DNA of 64,000 bases from contig NW_027266264.1 in the NCBI RefSeq assembly GCF_022045235.1, positions 77,376,001-77,440,000 on the forward strand. The letters are read 5' to 3'. Position 1 is the stretch's first letter; each line of letters opens with the position of its first letter. This document shows positions 62,596 through 64,000 of this stretch, piece by piece. This DNA is from Haliotis cracherodii (taxonomy: Eukaryota). The position numbers were made by a program, and so were the translations under genes. Under the pieces are notes generated by a model, which saw nothing but the letters and a program-made list of their open reading frames with translations, ran no database searches and was not told where the DNA came from.

Positions 62596-64000
62596 ATGTC
62601 ATTCTTTAATTCTGTGCTTCCCTCTCTCACAGACATTACCGAAACATTGCGAGTTTTCCTGGAATGCGCGCATTAATATTTATTACATCACAGGGTAACT
62701 GATGTGTCAGTCGGACAGTGACAGCAGCCAATATAGTTCCAACTGAAATCTGTTTCTTATACATTGGCGAAGCAACATATACGCAAAACAACAATTGTTT
62801 TTAATTGCCTTTCGTGGCAATCCATCGGTCTGTCCGCTAGAGTAACTGCCCTTTGTCAAAGGGGAGCTACTCTAAACCTAGTCTATGAGACGTCACGGCG
62901 ACGGTCAGACGTTGTTGACAGTCGGCTGTCCTGTCATAACGTTAAGAAGTGTAGTCAGATGTACACACAACGACAAAACCAAACAAGGTAACAATTCAAA
63001 CATATTTCGGCCAAATCCAACTATTTTAATTTGTGGAGAAGGTTTCAAGTCGCAGCTCTAGAGGTCTACAAGCACAGATATGGCTACTGATCCCGCTTGG
63101 CTAGGCCTCGTGCCCTCGCAAAATTGTTTCGAAATTTATATCTCCAAAGTTGCCAAAACTTATAAAATGCCATAGACACTGATTTTCAGTATATTATTAT
63201 TGATAATGATAGCAATTATCCCTGTAGTTTATCCAGATTCCCGATGCTTAATTCTGACTCGATCGCCGAATGACGAGGGCGACGCCATATTTGTTTATAA
63301 ACAGTGAAAGTAGTCCCTACTTGACCTTTGATATTTGCATCTCTATCGGCATATGACTCCAACGGATATCGTTTTTATCCGTTGGCTTTATCCTGCCGAG
63401 AAACCTACCCATTATATGATAAATAATAAATACTTGTAAACATCTGTAAAGGACACGGTATGACCATTGCACCATTCGGCTCACGGGATATGCATGGGAA
63501 ATAAAGAACGAGTTCATGTTAATTCGAATGAGAATTAGGCTTGTTATTCAGGAGTTTTCAGGAGGCCTTTTCCTGATATTTGAACATCAGAAGGTCTAGT
63601 AAGAACCTGTATTTTGGCTCAGGGACTTTATCATTCATTTAGCTGTTATCTACTTGTAGTCCAAAACTTGCAACTGTAAGGAAGAAAATTAATCATTTGG
63701 CAATACTTAGTCATTTGAACATGTCTGATAATTTTCAGATCAATAAGTTCAGTACGTCGAATTATCTCGATTTATTAAAGTAGCCAATCAATACACTAAA
63801 ATTTAAAACCATACATTGCGGAAATTGCTCACGGCCAAATAGGAAGTACAAATCAGAATTAGAAGACTCAACAAGGGAGGTAAACACATTTTCTTCTCGA
63901 ATATCACAATGACAATTATGATACAGTTAGTTTATTGAAAATCGGTGACCAGTTAGCCAATGGCGATATTGTTTCAATCAATAAGTATTGTTCATTTGAT

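Overview
AT-rich animal genomic DNA with no host protein-coding gene that I can support. The window reads as intergenic or intronic sequence made mostly of repeats. The repeat families resemble those I recall from gastropod (abalone-like) genomes; that taxonomic call is inference only. Contents: four dispersed short retroposon families (A: tRNA-Asp-like head; B: non-tRNA structured head; C: tRNA-Leu-like head with a long A-to-B-box spacer; D: Meta-domain-like SINE), several with clear target-site duplications (TSDs); decayed retroelement fragments (an R4/Dong-like restriction-like-endonuclease element, a Penelope-like RT of probable Naiad type with dispersed 3' remnants called family E, an RTEX-like C-terminus, a Rex1/L2-like tail); TA-flanked and TTAA-flanked MITEs; two ~70-bp-arm palindromes; about nine unrelated minisatellites, including a 3.9-kb array of a 74-bp unit alternating with variable (TA)n; a ~2.1-kb tandem triplication; and two N gaps that both fall at the same point inside family D. 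Most ORF-track entries are artefacts of these repeats. The best candidate for something new is the ~70-nt head of family B. It has a sharply defined 5' end, no Pol III boxes, and a pseudoknot-hairpin-CUAA fold supported by a few compensatory changes among copies. It may be a ribozyme-like or promoter RNA element, but this is untested.
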